A stretch of DNA of 64,000 bases from the NCBI GenBank assembly GCA_047967505.1, contig CM106538.1; one strand, written 5' to 3'. This stretch comes from Dipteris shenzhenensis. Lineage: Eukaryota. Below the pieces are notes generated by a model, which had not been told where the DNA came from, ran no database searches, and saw only the letters and a program-made list of their open reading frames with translations. Shown here piece by piece: positions 38,019 to 51,500 of the stretch (its first letter is position 1; the number at the start of each line of letters is the position of its first letter). The translations under genes and the position numbers were made by a program.

Positions 38019-41000
38019 TGATGTGATTAGCTACTAAGTACTATCAGTGGCACTCAAGTTGGAGTGAGCAGAGTCATGGTTACATAATAACTAATGAGAG
38101 TGCTCTCAACGGAAGCAAGAACGGAAGAAGGAGAGAGAGAGACAGAGAGCTACACAAGTTTTGGTGGGTGCAGAACCACCCTAATCTTCTTTTTCATTCA
38201 TTTATATATGTGTTTGAGTATTGTACATAACCGGGGTAAAGGCACAATGATCTTTAACCCCCACAACCTCCCACTTAAAGGACAATGTGCCTTTAAGGGA
38301 GAACAACCAGTGAGCATACTATCCAATGCCCATCAATGCATGACAATACTCAAACCGCTCTTCATCAGCATATCTGCAGGGTTATCATCTGTATGAGCCT
38401 TGACAAGCTCTATGCGCTTGTCCTCAAGTACCTCCCTGATGAAATGGTACCTGACCTCAATGTGTTTGGTCTTTGCATGAAAGACCGGATTCCGTGCTAG
38501 TTGAATAGCACTCATGGAATCACTATGCAATGTCGGTACACCTATATGAATCCCCAAATCTCCCACTAGTTGATCAAGCCATATAGCCTCCTTGCAACCC
38601 TCTGTGGCTGCAACATACTCAGCCTCTGTGGTAGACAAAGCAATGCACTTCCGTGCACGAGAAATCCACGACACTGCACCACCTGCAAAGGTGAACACAT
38701 AACCAGAAGTGGATCTCCTACTATCCACATGCCCTGCATAGTCTGAATCTGTGTACCCAAGTACACGCATGTCTCCTTTACTAAAGCAGATGCACATCTC
38801 CTTGGTACCCTTCATGTACCTCATGATGCACTTAACTGCCTCCCAATGCCTCTTTCTTGGATTAGCCATATACCATCTAACAACTCCCACTGCAAATGCA
38901 ATGTCTGGTCTAGTAGCTATCATAGCATACATAAGACTCCCAACCGCTAATGCATAAGGAACCTTGGCCATCATGGCTCTTTCCTCATCTGATTTGGGAC
39001 TATCTATATGACTTAGTTTCACATATGGCCTTTAATGCATCTAGCTCATAAGTATTCTTGCTAGCCAATAGCATATCATCCACATATAGTGCCAAGATTA
39101 TTAGGCTATTATCCTTATCCACATATAGATCAATTTCACTCCTTCTAAAACCCTGGGACCGAATGAAAGCATCAAACTTCTGATACCATTCTCTAGGCGC
39201 TTGCTTAAGACCATAGAGACTCTTCTTTAGCTTGCAAACTAAATGCTCTTTGCCCTTTTCTTCAAAGCCTTCCGACTGCACCATGTAAATTTCCTCATGC
39301 AAATCCCCATGCAAGAAAGCTGTCTTGACATCCATTTGCATAAGCTCCATATTCTCTGATGCCACTAGTCCAAGCATGCATCTAAGTGTGGTCATCTTCA
39401 CAACCGGAGAGAATATCTCATCAAAGTCCACACCCTTCTCTTGCTTGAACCCTTTAGCAACCAAACGAGCCTTGTACTTGTGAAGATAGTGGGAGAGAGG
39501 GAAGGAGTCTCACTTGCAGCTTTCTCACATACACAATGGGGGAATACACACAAAGGTGGAGGCTGAAAACAGTTTTCCTCTTCTTAGTTGTGAAAGCCAA
39601 AAGAACTCTAGTACAAAGAAATAGAAGAACCCTATATGTGGGTCTCAAACCAAACTCAACTAACTAAGGTGGCATACTAACTGAGCCACGAACTAGTGTA
39701 GATAAGGATAGCTGTCATCCCGCTATTATTCATGGGCAGTGTACCAACCGCATCTGTAGCTAACAAGTCGGTGACATAAATGCACAACGGTCACCCTGGC
39801 ATATCACGAGTGGAGCTCGATATCTCAACAGTACCTAGGCACATCATCACCTGTGACCTTCATTTTGTAGACCCATTTACATGGCAATGCTTTCTTTCCA
39901 TGTGGCAAAGAAACCAAGTCCTAAGTCTTATTCTTAATAACTCTGATTGCATAGCATACTCCCACTTGCGTTGATCCCCACGCATCATAGCCTCTTTGTA
40001 GCAAGAAGGCTCCCCGCAATCAGTAAGCATCACATAGTCTACCCCTGGAACAAACTTATCAGGCGGTCTAGACACTCTAGATGATCTTCTCAAGGGCATT
40101 TCAGCTTGTTGTCCCACCTGCATATCAGCAACATTTGGCTCATCATTTCCACCAATAGATGATCCATCATCTACCCTTGATTGTATACCTGTGGGAGTAC
40201 TTGGTGGTACCATTTCTTGCACATTTGGTGCATGGATAGCTTGCTGTCTATCAACATATGCAGGTGGATTCACATCCTGAAAAGTGATTCTCCTCATTTC
40301 CACATGCCTCATGGGTGCCTTATGCATCTTCTTTTCATTGAAGACCACATCATGGCTGCGTATGATCTTCTTTGCTTCTGGATCCCAGAGACGATAGCCC
40401 ATCTCTCCACTTTCACCATAACCCAGAAAGATGCATTTCCTAGACTTAGGATCTAGCTTCTTTCGAAGCTCTTTTGGCACATGTGCATATGCCTCACACC
40501 CAAATATACGCAAATGAGAGTAAGAGGGCTTCTTGCCACTCCATGCCTCTTTAGGAATACCACCATCCAAACTCTTACTAGGTGATCTATTGATCACATG
40601 CACTGCAGTCTTCATTGCCTCAGCCCAAAAACCACCAGAAAGACTTGCATTGGAAAGCATGCATTGCAACCTTTCTTGAATGGTACGGTTCATCTTTTTA
40701 GCAACTGTATTTTGCTCTGGAGTACGAGGGGATGTGAGCTCCCTCTTAATCCCATGTGTATCACAGAAATGCTGAAAGTCATGAGAGAGATACTCTCCAC
40801 CATTGTCAGTCCATAGGCATTTAAGCATTCTACTTGACTGATTCTTAATCAAGGCCAGCCATTTCTGAAATACCTAGAACACATCACTCTTCCGAGCTAT
40901 AGCATAAGCCCACACTTTCCTAGTTGCATCATCAATGAATGTCACATAGTATTCAGCCCCGCCTAATGACCGTGTAGGCATGGGACCGCATACATTTGAA

Positions 41001-42530
41001 TGCACCAAATCAAGCTTTTCAAACTCTTTCTTTCCCCTTCTTTTATGGGCTGATTTAGTCTACTTCCCATAGAGACAGTGCTCACAAAATTCAAAATCAG
41101 AGAAACTCAAATGCGATACATAACCCAAACGGCATAAGAGTTTCATTCCATTCTGGCTCATGTGCCCCAACCTGCAATGCCACAAAGAAGTGCTTGGCTG
41201 CTCGGTTATTGCAACAACATGATCAAATACCCCTGATACATGTAAGGGATACAAAGTCCCACACTTGGCACCCCTGGCCAAAAGCATAGAGCCCTTCTGA
41301 ATTTTCCAACTCTGAAAACCAAAAGTGGTGTGAAAACCAGCATCATCTAGCTGACCCACTGAAATAAGACTCTTGGTCAACTTGGGCACATGTCTCACAT
41401 GGTTCAAAACAAATGCAGACCCATTTGCAAAAGAAAACTTTATGTCACCTGCTCCCACTATGTCATATGCATAGTCATTTCTAAGATGCACACAACCTGT
41501 CTTTCCACTGTCATAAGTGGAGAACCATTCCCTATGGGGAGTAACATGGAATGAAGCACCAGAATCCAAAATCCAATCCTGGGAATATGCATCATCTGAA
41601 GTGGTAAGCAATTCTGCAGATAAACTAGACATGAAGAGAACGTCATTGTCAGTACCATGTGTGACTGCATTGATCTCCTCGATCTTCACTTTTCCTTTGT
41701 CCTCCCTTGGACTCTCTTCCTTTTTATTTGCACCCCAATTTGCATTCTTTTTTTTATCCTTTTGCTCTCTTTTCAGCTTGTAGCAATCCTTTTTCATATG
41801 GCCCTTCTTGCCACAGTGGTACCATTCAATGTTCCGTGCCCTAGATTTGCTACGAGACTTCCCTCTTTCTTGGGACTTCCCCCTGAACTGTGATTTGCCC
41901 CTTTGCACATTTAAGGCTGCATCCTGCTTGTTTCCATCCATAGACTTCCATCTAATCTCCTCGTCCAACAAGCTACCCACAACATCATCAAATTTTAGTA
42001 CTCCATAGGTGCAGAGTTACTGACAGCTGTACGGAAGGTATCCCATGAGGATGGCAATGAACATAAGAGAAATATTGCCTTAGTCTCCGCATCAAAATTC
42101 ATCTTCTGAGCCTGAAGCTGGCTGAAAATAATATTGAATTCATTCAAGTGAGAAGCAATGGAGACGCCTTCCTTCATCTGTAGCTCAGACAACCTCTTCA
42201 TGAGGTAAACTTTATTAGAGGCAGTTTCCTTCTCATAAGTGGCACACAGTTTCTTCCACAAATCTTCCGTAGTCTGCTCATTTACTACTGTGAAATAAAC
42301 TGACTCTGCAAGATGAAGTCTAATAGTAGACTTTGCTAATGCATCCAACTCATTCCAATCATCCTCAGACATATTTGCAGGCTTAGCTTCAATCCCTGCC
42401 AAGGGTTTAATCTGCTTCTTTTGAATAAGCACATCCCTTATTTGTTCTTTCCACAAAGAAAATTTTGTCCCATCAAACTTTTTAATGGTAAAAAACTCCT
42501 TTTCAGACATGGAAGAGGATGCCAGCCCCT
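38019..42530 (-). mobile_element. Ty1/copia element (Tnt1/Tork-like), gag-pol decayed, 5' LTR missing
   Basis: gag from 42510 (KFDGTKFSLWK), zinc knuckle HCGKKGHMKKDC, protease WILDSGAS, LWHCRLGH, integrase TDNGGEY, RT QMDVKTAFLHGDL/LYVDDML, RNaseH DSDYAG/TKHIEVRYHFIRE; PPT then 3' LTR ~38019-38265 (outer edge uncertain); no PBS upstream. Confidence 0.92.
39479..39830 (-). mobile_element. Solo LTR (352 bp) nested in copia RT
   Basis: TG...CA ends; 5-bp TSD GTACT/GTACC (39474-39478, 39831-39835); removal restores KWVYKMKVTGDDVPRYKARLVAKGF. Confidence 0.85.
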
Positions 42531-42539
42531 TCTAAGCAT

Positions 42540-43290
42540 GGAGATAAATGAATCATATAGAAATAGAATGTTTAATGATGTGAGAAATGCTATAAAGCCA
42601 ACTACCTGGTGGAAGAAATGCTAGGTTAACCTAGTTTCTTCCATTTCCATGCTTTGTTTATTTCTTTGCAAGTTGTAGGCAATTAAGGAAAACAAAGATT
42701 ACTTACACTTGGAAGAGCTTAGAAATGGACTGGCTATCTAAGCCATTTGACAATGGATGGACAACAAGAACATGTCATGCTGAAGATTTAGCACAATGTC
42801 GATTGAACACTTCAGATGTGACATTTCAGTGAGCAAATCTTACAATTCTTGTTTGTATAAAAAATGATAAGGATACTATGTATTGATAGATCCCAAATTT
42901 TGCAGGCATTGCATTGGAAGGCAAATCTCTGCATGACTTTCACATATAGAAGGTTTAGATGGAAGAACCTTCAATGGGAAGCAATGGATGATGATATGCG
43001 TGATGGGACTCACAGTCCTATTGTCGAGGTATCAATTTATTGCGGCAAGGACATCCTGATCTAATGTTGGAATTGGAAGATAAGTGGACCATGTGATTTA
43101 TCAGGGAAGAATTGTAGTTGGCAATAGCAAGCCCTCCCCAAGACTATTATTTTAGACTTGATAATCACAAAGTTAGATATAAGGATGAGACAAGTATCCT
43201 TTGTAAGAATTGTTGCCCTCCCCATACTCTAGAGATAGTAGAGACATGATGGCAGGTATTTCATATGATATCTAGTTTCTTGGATCCTTA
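42540..43290 (+). pseudogene. Unnamed protein, copy B (homolog of the C-terminal part of 27899-32555), 5'-truncated
   Basis: EINESYRNRMFNDVRNAIKP..VNL/FLPFPCF..KPFDNGW..FTYRRFRW..AMDDD..SPIVEVSI..KDILI aligns by eye to SITESYRAKLFLEVQHSLKP..INVFIPFTIF..FGNGW..FYYKCSRM..AMDQD..GPIIEINV..NDILL. Confidence 0.7.
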
Positions 43291-43546
43291 GTGCTTCATC
43301 AATGCACTTGGTAATAAGGCATTGCTACATGTATGAATAGAAATCATATATAATACAAAGTGTTGTTTCATTTATTATTAATATTTTTAAAATTAAGTAT
43401 GGACCTCTAGATGGATGGCTCTCTATGGTCTATGAATGATAAAGCGATAAATATTTGTAATTTTAAATTTGTGTGGGTATTTGTATATCTATATTGTGCA
43501 AGATAGAGAGTGTGTGATCTCGAGATAGATAGCAATTAGAGCATGT

Positions 43547-43552
43547 GAGAGA

Positions 43553-43609
<57 letters not shown>

Positions 43610-43669
43610 AGAGTACAATAAGCGACACAAATAATGCACCTGGCCATGAGACAGAGTTAGATGTATGGC

Positions 43670-43703
<34 letters not shown>

Positions 43704-44244
43704 AGTCAGGGACACAAAGGGAGAAAGAGACAAAGGGAGGGGGAGGGATACAAAGGGAGACAGAGAGAGTTAAGATTGCATTTATTCATTTGAACCTCTA
43801 AGTTGAGAAAGAGAAAAATATGAAAGTTAATTAAGGTCTTTGAGAGTACGAGATTGAAGAAAAACCCAGATACAACTGATCCAAAGGGTGGATCCGCTAA
43901 CAAAATACAAAAATTGTATACATGAAATCAATGTCCATGACAATGGAGACGAGGACAGAAAGAGAGAGATGGAGAGTGGGATAGAGAGAGAGAGAGGTAG
44001 AGAATGGGAAAAGAGAGAGAGTTAAGATTGCATTTATTCATTTGCACCTCTAAGTTGAGAAAGAGAAAAATAAGAAAGTTAATTAAGGTCTTTGAGAGAC
44101 TATGAGATTGAAAAAAAACCCATGTACAACTAATCCAAAGGGTGGAGCCGCTAACAAAATACAAAAAGTGTATATGTAAAATCAATGTCCATGACATAGA
44201 TAGCTAAGGGCAACATGGCAACAAGATGATCATCGGGTGTGAGG

Positions 44245-44294
<50 letters not shown>

Positions 44295-44360
44295 CAATAG
44301 GGACACAAGGGGAGGGAAAGAGATAGAGAGACAGAGAGAGAGCAAGGGAGAGGAGGGGAG

Positions 44361-44397
<37 letters not shown>

Positions 44398-44578
44398 AAG
44401 AGAGCAATGAGGGACACAAAGGAAGGGAAAGAACGAAAGATATAATAACATCCTCAGAAGACCTTGTGGGTCTATGAGAGAGAGAGAGAGAGAGGGAGAT
44501 AGCTAAGGGCAACGAGAGAGAGAGAGACAAAGAGAGAGACAAAGAGAAAGGGAGAGAGAGGAGAGGGAGATAGCTAAG

Positions 44579-44612
<34 letters not shown>
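43547..44612. repeat. (GA)n-rich region with ~250-bp direct repeat
   Basis: Multiple (GA)n tracts; GAGTTAAGATTGCATTTATTCATTTG...AATCAATGTCCATGACA at ~43765-43942 and ~44017-44196. Confidence 0.9.
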
Positions 44613-44615
<3 letters not shown>

Positions 44616-44790
44616 TCCAAAGAAAAAATAATAAATATAAAAATATTGTAATTAAGAGCATTTTTAAGGGCAATATCCATTTATAAAGTACACTTCTAAG
44701 GTCATTTTCACATTTTCAATTTTCCAGTCTTGAGTAACCTTGCATTTCATAACCGGCCTCTTTCATCTTCCCGAGCATCCTCCTACACTC

Positions 44791-47039
44791 ATGGCTTCCC
44801 CTAGAGAGGCTTTTGACTAGTGGATTTCATCCATTGATTCCCATGCCTCTGCAGATCAGGTTTATCCTATCTTCTACAAAGCATTCCATCTTGAGTCACA
44901 CTTGAGTGCTCTTCTTCCTGTTGATAATCCCTCTCTTCAATTTTTCGATAGACTTATCCATGGGCAATCTGTCGCGATTGCTAACTCCCTCACCAATGGG
45001 TTTCATTGGATATTTTGAGCTATTTTGACCAGAGTGCTAACTTCAAGAAGAGATTAGGTAGGGCCATGGATAATGTCCCTATCTCTCTCCATGAGTACAC
45101 TATTACCATTGGGGATGATTCATCTTCCCCAATTCATTTGATTGAGAGAGATGCAACCCTTACCATTCTCCTTGCGACTAGCAAGCTTGATGAGGATATT
45201 GGCGAGCAACCCAAGGGTCCTGCATCCACAAGTGGTGGAGTAGGTCCATCAACAAGTGCTGGAGTAGGTCCATCAACAAGTGGTGGAGGAGATGACCTAA
45301 ACCTAGACTTAGAGCCTAAGGAGCATACTATTAGCCTCGCTGAGGAGTAAGTTGAAAGCGAGGTCATCTTATCTTCATATCCGACTCGTGCATATCCATC
45401 CTCTACCTATAACCTAGATGAGGCAGCAAGCAAGCCACACCTTGCTTCGGTTGATCCAATCAGGATTGAGGGTGAGGAACACCTTACTCGAAGTGATGGA
45501 AGAAACCAGTCTCCAAGAGGACGAGGTGCTCTGTCGGCTCTCGAATTGACACTTTCGATGATGTCATTGACTTTGATGCTCTAGTGAATCTAGCAATCGA
45601 TGAGATTGCACACTTTGATGACTCGAGCCTCACCGATCTGGAGGCAATCCAACTAACACAGAAGGCAATTGAAGATGCCACACCAGAGTACGACATGTCT
45701 GATGTGAGTAGTTCATGAATTTGAAGAGGGAATTGTTCGGGGATAGAGATGAAGAAGCTAGCACCTCAAGCTAAAATGAAGTTCAAGACCAACCACAAAA
45801 GGGAGTCCAGTTGGACACTGTAGCTGACACACTCTGCGATGAGGTAGAAAAGGTATGTAGCTTTGCTAGCTTCATCATGTGATCCAAAATCATCAGTATA
45901 ATTCTAGGTTCCATTTTAGGAACAAAAATCATTGCTTTTTCTTGAATTGGTAGGGAATAAAAAATAGGGTTTAGGGTTTAGAATAGAAACCCAAGCAAAT
46001 TTTATGATTTTAAACCCGACATCCTGCCACTGCCACTTGCCCCTAAATTTTTGGAAACAATTAGGGTTATGGTTTTGTAATTTAGGAAAAAAAAAGTTCT
46101 AATCAAATTTGGGAGGCCACTAACACCCTAGCAACCATGTGCATCATTTTCAAGCCAAAACCCCCCCTGGAAATCCTAAATTTGACATCATGCGACCAGA
46201 GCCCTGTTAAATGATGCACATGGCTGCTAGGGTGTCAGTGGCCTCCCAAATTTGATTTAGGGAATGAAAAATAACATTGAGAGTTTAGAGTACAAAACCC
46301 AACCAAATGTTATGATTTTAAACCCAGGACATCCTACCATTGTCACTTGCCCTGCCACTTGCCCCTGACACATGCCCGTGCCACTTGCCCCTCGCACTCC
46401 ATTTATGTAAATAGGGTTATGGTTTTTTCACAGGTAAAAATCATATCTTTAAGAAATGATTTGGGAGACCACTGGGACCCTAGCAACCATGCCCATCAAT
46501 TTTATGCAAAAAAAAACCCTGCAAGCCCAAAATCTAACATCATGCGACCAGAGCCCAGCTTCTGTAGAAATTGGGTGCGACCAAAAGCTGGGCTCTGGCT
46601 GCATGATGTCGGATTTTGGGCTTGCAGGAGTTTTTTTGGCATAAAATTGATAGGCATGGTTGCTAGGGTCTCAGTGGCCTCCCAAATCAGATTTCTTAAA
46701 GATATGACTTTTACTTGGAAAAAAACCCTTATTCTTATTAATTCTTGAAAAATGACATTTTATTAATTTATATAATCTTTGGATTTTGATGTAATATGTT
46801 GGTTGTAGGATATTTTATGGGTTGATGAGTATACCGGATGCAAGGGTGGAACCAGAGGGTCTTCTGGTGGGGGGATGGCATCAATCAGACTACATCAACG
46901 GAGTGGCTCAATACATTTTGGTGTTCCATCGACAATTATTGCTAGATGGAAAGATAAATATCATGAAGTTCAAGGTCCTCAGTCAGATGGTGAAGATGAG
47001 GCCCATTCATCCTATTGCCGATCGTGTTGTTTTGATTAG
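44791..47039 (+). pseudogene. Two-exon decayed gene, acidic/disordered exon 1 and HTH-like motif in exon 2
   Basis: Donor AAG|GTATGT at 45853, acceptor TTGTAG at 46809; phase-0 join reads ..RSGSIHFGVPSTIIARWKDKY (46899-46961), an HTH-type pattern; an alternative frame runs to 47223. Confidence 0.4.
46101..46727. repeat. Two related intronic inverted repeats (foldbacks)
   Basis: Arms 46101-46149/46209-46257 and 46421-46564/46582-46727 (17-nt loop); both contain ATTTGGGAG(G/A)CCACT..ACCCTAGCAACCATG. Confidence 0.92.
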
Positions 47040-48537
47040 GCGTAGTGTAGCTTTATTTTTGTTTTCAGACACACAATTTGGTCCGCTTTATAGTATTATA
47101 GCTAGTGCAGGGCTAGCTGGCATTACAGATCCCTTGGCTATAGAGAATGAAATTGTGCAGCCCTCTTTGCTTCAGCAAAAGCAAAAAAGGGATCTAAGCC
47201 AAGCAAGAAGAGGCGTAGACTAGAGTAGCTTAGGCATTCAAGCTTTAATGATCTTTATGATATTACTCAATGTAAATAAAGAATACAATTTTCAAATTAT
47301 TTTCTCTTCCCATTTACAGAACATTCTTTCCTTTACTATGTTAAGTAAAATTGAGTATTATTTCCTTTTGCATGTTCTATTAAGATGTGATGTTTATTAT
47401 TTCATTTTGCTTTTGTATACATTGAGAGTGCATGTAAGTAAATTAATAGATTGCAAATACATTGAAAATAAATTTAAGATTGCACATGCAAAGACAATTC
47501 TAAAAAAGACATTTTATTATATTGATGCCCATAGGCAGAGTACTTGTAAGGTAGATGCCCATAGGCAGAGTACAAGATAGATGCCTGTAGGCAGAGTATA
47601 AGGTGGAGCATACAAAATAAGACCGTATTAGATAATTCGGGAAAAACCCAATTCCCAGAATGGCAGTTTTGGAAGAAATTGTAGCACCCCTCAATGAAAA
47701 AACAGGAGAAATATGTGAAAATAGACTAGATAGCCATTCATGAAGTGTGAAATATCAACTACATTCTCAAATAATAAATAGAATATCAGTGTCTAAACTA
47801 CGTTATCATCAACAAAATAATAAACTTTGAAACCCATTTGAGTTAGATTCATCTCGTGAGCCATAGTGATGTTCAAAAACACCTTCATAATAGCGAGTCT
47901 CTGGAATTTCCATTGATATTGAGACTCGCTTTTGTTGTGAGCATTCTCATTTGAAAATCTCCAAAACACCGTTTAAAAAATGTAGAGTGTAATTAATAAC
48001 CATGAGTATTGCAATGAAAATGCACAGGCTCTTTAACTTAGTAAGATATGTAGTTGATGGAAAATCAAGATATGTAGTTGAGGAGAATGTATGCAAGATA
48101 TGTAGTTGATGGAAAATCAATGGGCAATGACAAGCATTTGATGTAATTTAGGTGGCAATGACAATCATTTATTGTGCACTTTCAATGTTTAGACTGACTA
48201 GCATTATTGTAAAACGATAACTTTACATGTCATGTTGATTACTCATTGCAAAGTAAAAAAGTACACTTTAGGATGAAAACATAACTTCTTGTTGATACAC
48301 CATTGAAATCCCTGAAATAAATCATGATTCCAAAGAAACTCTCAATTTCTAGCCCCAAAGAGAATGGCACCGGAAAGAATGGCACGAGAGACACTCCTTC
48401 AAAATACATTATGAATGTAGTTATGAACATGTTTGCATATTATTCACACACAACAATTACGCACCAATTTACATAGTTGGCAAGAAAGTAGTAATTCCCA
48501 TAAGTAATGATTATATAAAGAAATACAATGTTATTAT

Positions 48538-51500
48538 TCAAAACTCATAGTCTGCAAATAGCTTCTCTCCTGCATGTATATCATCTATGGATTCAATACA
48601 AATGTGACCATATTCTACAATATCTATGTTCATCATGGGGTCATACCAAGGTGGAACATCAGGGGAAAATACATAACAAACATTTGGCTTTACATTGGTA
48701 TTTCTATTGCTGTTAATAAATCCTGCCACATTGCCATATTGAACATCACCAACAATATGCACCATATCCTTCATAGGGACAGTAGGGTCCTCTTGGATAG
48801 AGTACTTCTTTAGCCTTGGATGAACTCTACATAATTCCTTCCAGTCTCTGTAGGAGTACTTGTCACCTCCATAATGGAGAATAGTAGTCCATTTCTTGAT
48901 GGAGCCATGCACAAACACACCTGTAATGGTTGACTCATGCACCTCGAAAGCCACATTTTTTATCCAGAACACTTCGTTGATAGGGACAGGTAACTTTGGT
49001 GGTCCAAATGGATCTCGTTCTGGTATGTACCTACTCAAGCTTGATTTGAACGTATATCTATCTACATCACAAAAGAAAAATTCAATTAGCTACAACAACA
49101 GTTATATATATCGAGATAAAATCAAAAAACACTTTGACATATGTACCTTCATGAAAATACACATTCTGTAGTCGGTTTATGTAGCCCTTAGCAATGTATT
49201 TCTTGATATAGCGACCTTTGTACCCTAGGTCTATAGCCAATTGAGAAACTTGCATAGATTCATGCTAGAGAGTTGTGGAGCATTCCTTAAAAGTCTTATT
49301 TGGGATGCATTGAGTTTAGGCACCTGGCCATCACCACCATGGGTTGCCCTACCACCTATATCCCTCTCTCTTAGTTGATCTACAAAAGGAAGATTTCTTG
49401 TTTTATATTCCATTCTTGACCATGCATGATTTTCCTCCCTCCATTCATCAATTACTTTCTGGACAAGGTTGAAATCCTTATGCCCCTCCATCATAGGTAA
49501 TTGTCCATACCGATTTGTCTCAATCATGCTGCGCACATCTTTAGTCTCATCGAGTTGTAGTAAGTACGGCATCAACTCTCTCAGTAGAATATTATCATCC
49601 TTGTCTTGTACATCAAACGTTGAAGGAAATATGCAATTTGATGGAGGGCTAATGCAAGCCTTGTATGGGGAGTCATCAACAAGGATTGTCCTTCTAGCAT
49701 CACATCCAAATGCCTTTGAGATTTTTGCCAAGGGTTTGAACATTGCCTCAACACCAACCTTGTCAGGCCTATTTATCCTCGTCTTACTGTAAGTGTAGCA
49801 TCCTTGTTGAGACCATATAACAAAGAAAGGGAGGCTCTCATTTGCATAATTTTGCAGCTTTCCTACCATATCAAGTACGTTATGCTCCATCGCAGTTGAC
49901 CAGATACCTACATTAAATCTTTGTAGCAAGATTTTAAGAAATTCTATGCACCCAGGACGAACAACCATATAACTATTTTTGCCATGCATAATGGACGGAT
50001 GTATTGGAGACTTGAATAGGCAGCAACTTAATAACAGGCCATTCAAGTCTAATATGATTGTTAATCGTGGCATATCCAAAGAAATTGTATGTGGATATAG
50101 ATCCAAATTCTCCTTGAAGTTGCTGGCTTCTGACTCATCCAAATTGTCAACAGGTGCTATGATTTCATACATGTTTGCAACAACAATAAGATTATCTAGT
50201 TTTGTCCCCAATGTTGAGACAGTACGTTCATCCATGTTCTCTTCTAAAAGTATAGGATTCGTGATATTCCTTGCAATTTTCTCCATTTTTGGGGTTATGT
50301 TTTCTTCTATACCTCCTGTATCCATCGCGTAATTGATAGTCCCCAGTTTGGGTGGTATGTTGTCCTCTACATTTGATGTCTCCACATCCTTCCATGCATC
50401 ATTGGTCCCTGTGGAAGTTGAGGAATATAGAAATATTTTGATTCTTTAGAGTGTATTCAACAATGTCGATGCACAAAAGCATATGAAACTAATAAATAAC
50501 AATAAAGTATGAGAATTATCCATCGTCGTTCATCACTGATTCCATTGTATTTTTGGGGAATGGCAAAAGTGCCAATCTCTCTAAAGTTCAATTGAGAATG
50601 CAAATAGTGCAACCTTTCTCTCTGAACTCATAGAGAGAATGGCAATAGTGCTATTCTTCTCTTGAGGTGGTGCTAGTGCCATTTTACATATAAGGTTATG
50701 GAGAATGCCACTAGTGCCTTTCTCTATACCCTCATTGGGAGGAGAGAATACTACTAGTGCCTCCCCCCATGTCCCAAAAGAAATGTACAATGCATGATCT
50801 AAAAGCATAGATACTGTATTACTTTGGTCCAATAGATTTGTAGAAAGCACCCAAATCAAAACTTTGGTAGCATAGTTAATACTATACAATTTTTAATCTC
50901 TGTAATGCTTTCAACTGACATAGATTCAAGAAAGGAACATAACAGTATTACCATTTCTACATAACCACAAAGAGAGAATGGCACTAGTGCCATTCTCCAT
51001 ATGAGGTCGCATAAAATGTTAATAGTACCTCTTATGTATAACCCGACATAGGGAGAATGACACTAGTACCATTCCCCATGTCATTATGTCACGCAATTTT
51101 ATCATACCTAATGTTTAATATCTTTAATATAATGAGAGTATGTGCAATCGAGAAAATCCATAAAAGTCATATTATTTTGAAACTGAATACACAAGGCATA
51201 AATGAGTAGCTAAAGACCTTGTTCCAAATCTTCCAATGTAATCTTTGGGATAGCTTCAAGATCTGCTTCAGTTAAAGGTCGCAAGTCTTCAATGTGATGC
51301 TCACCCTCTTTAATTCCTTCATCGATAGGTGAATCAGCTCTTTGTGTCTCAAGAGGCCTCTCAATGCTAGACCAAATCTTAATATGGGGATTATTTGATG
51401 CATGTGCCACACACATAGCCTCGACCTCTGTCGCCTGTTGGGATGTCTTCACCAGTGAGATCACTTTTCTTTTGCTTGACAATGCTTGTAATGCCACACA

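Noticed and set aside
45960-45985. Telomere repeat TTTAGGG (also CCCTAA near 59025)
   Set aside because: Only about two units; telo-box-like words, not an interstitial telomere.
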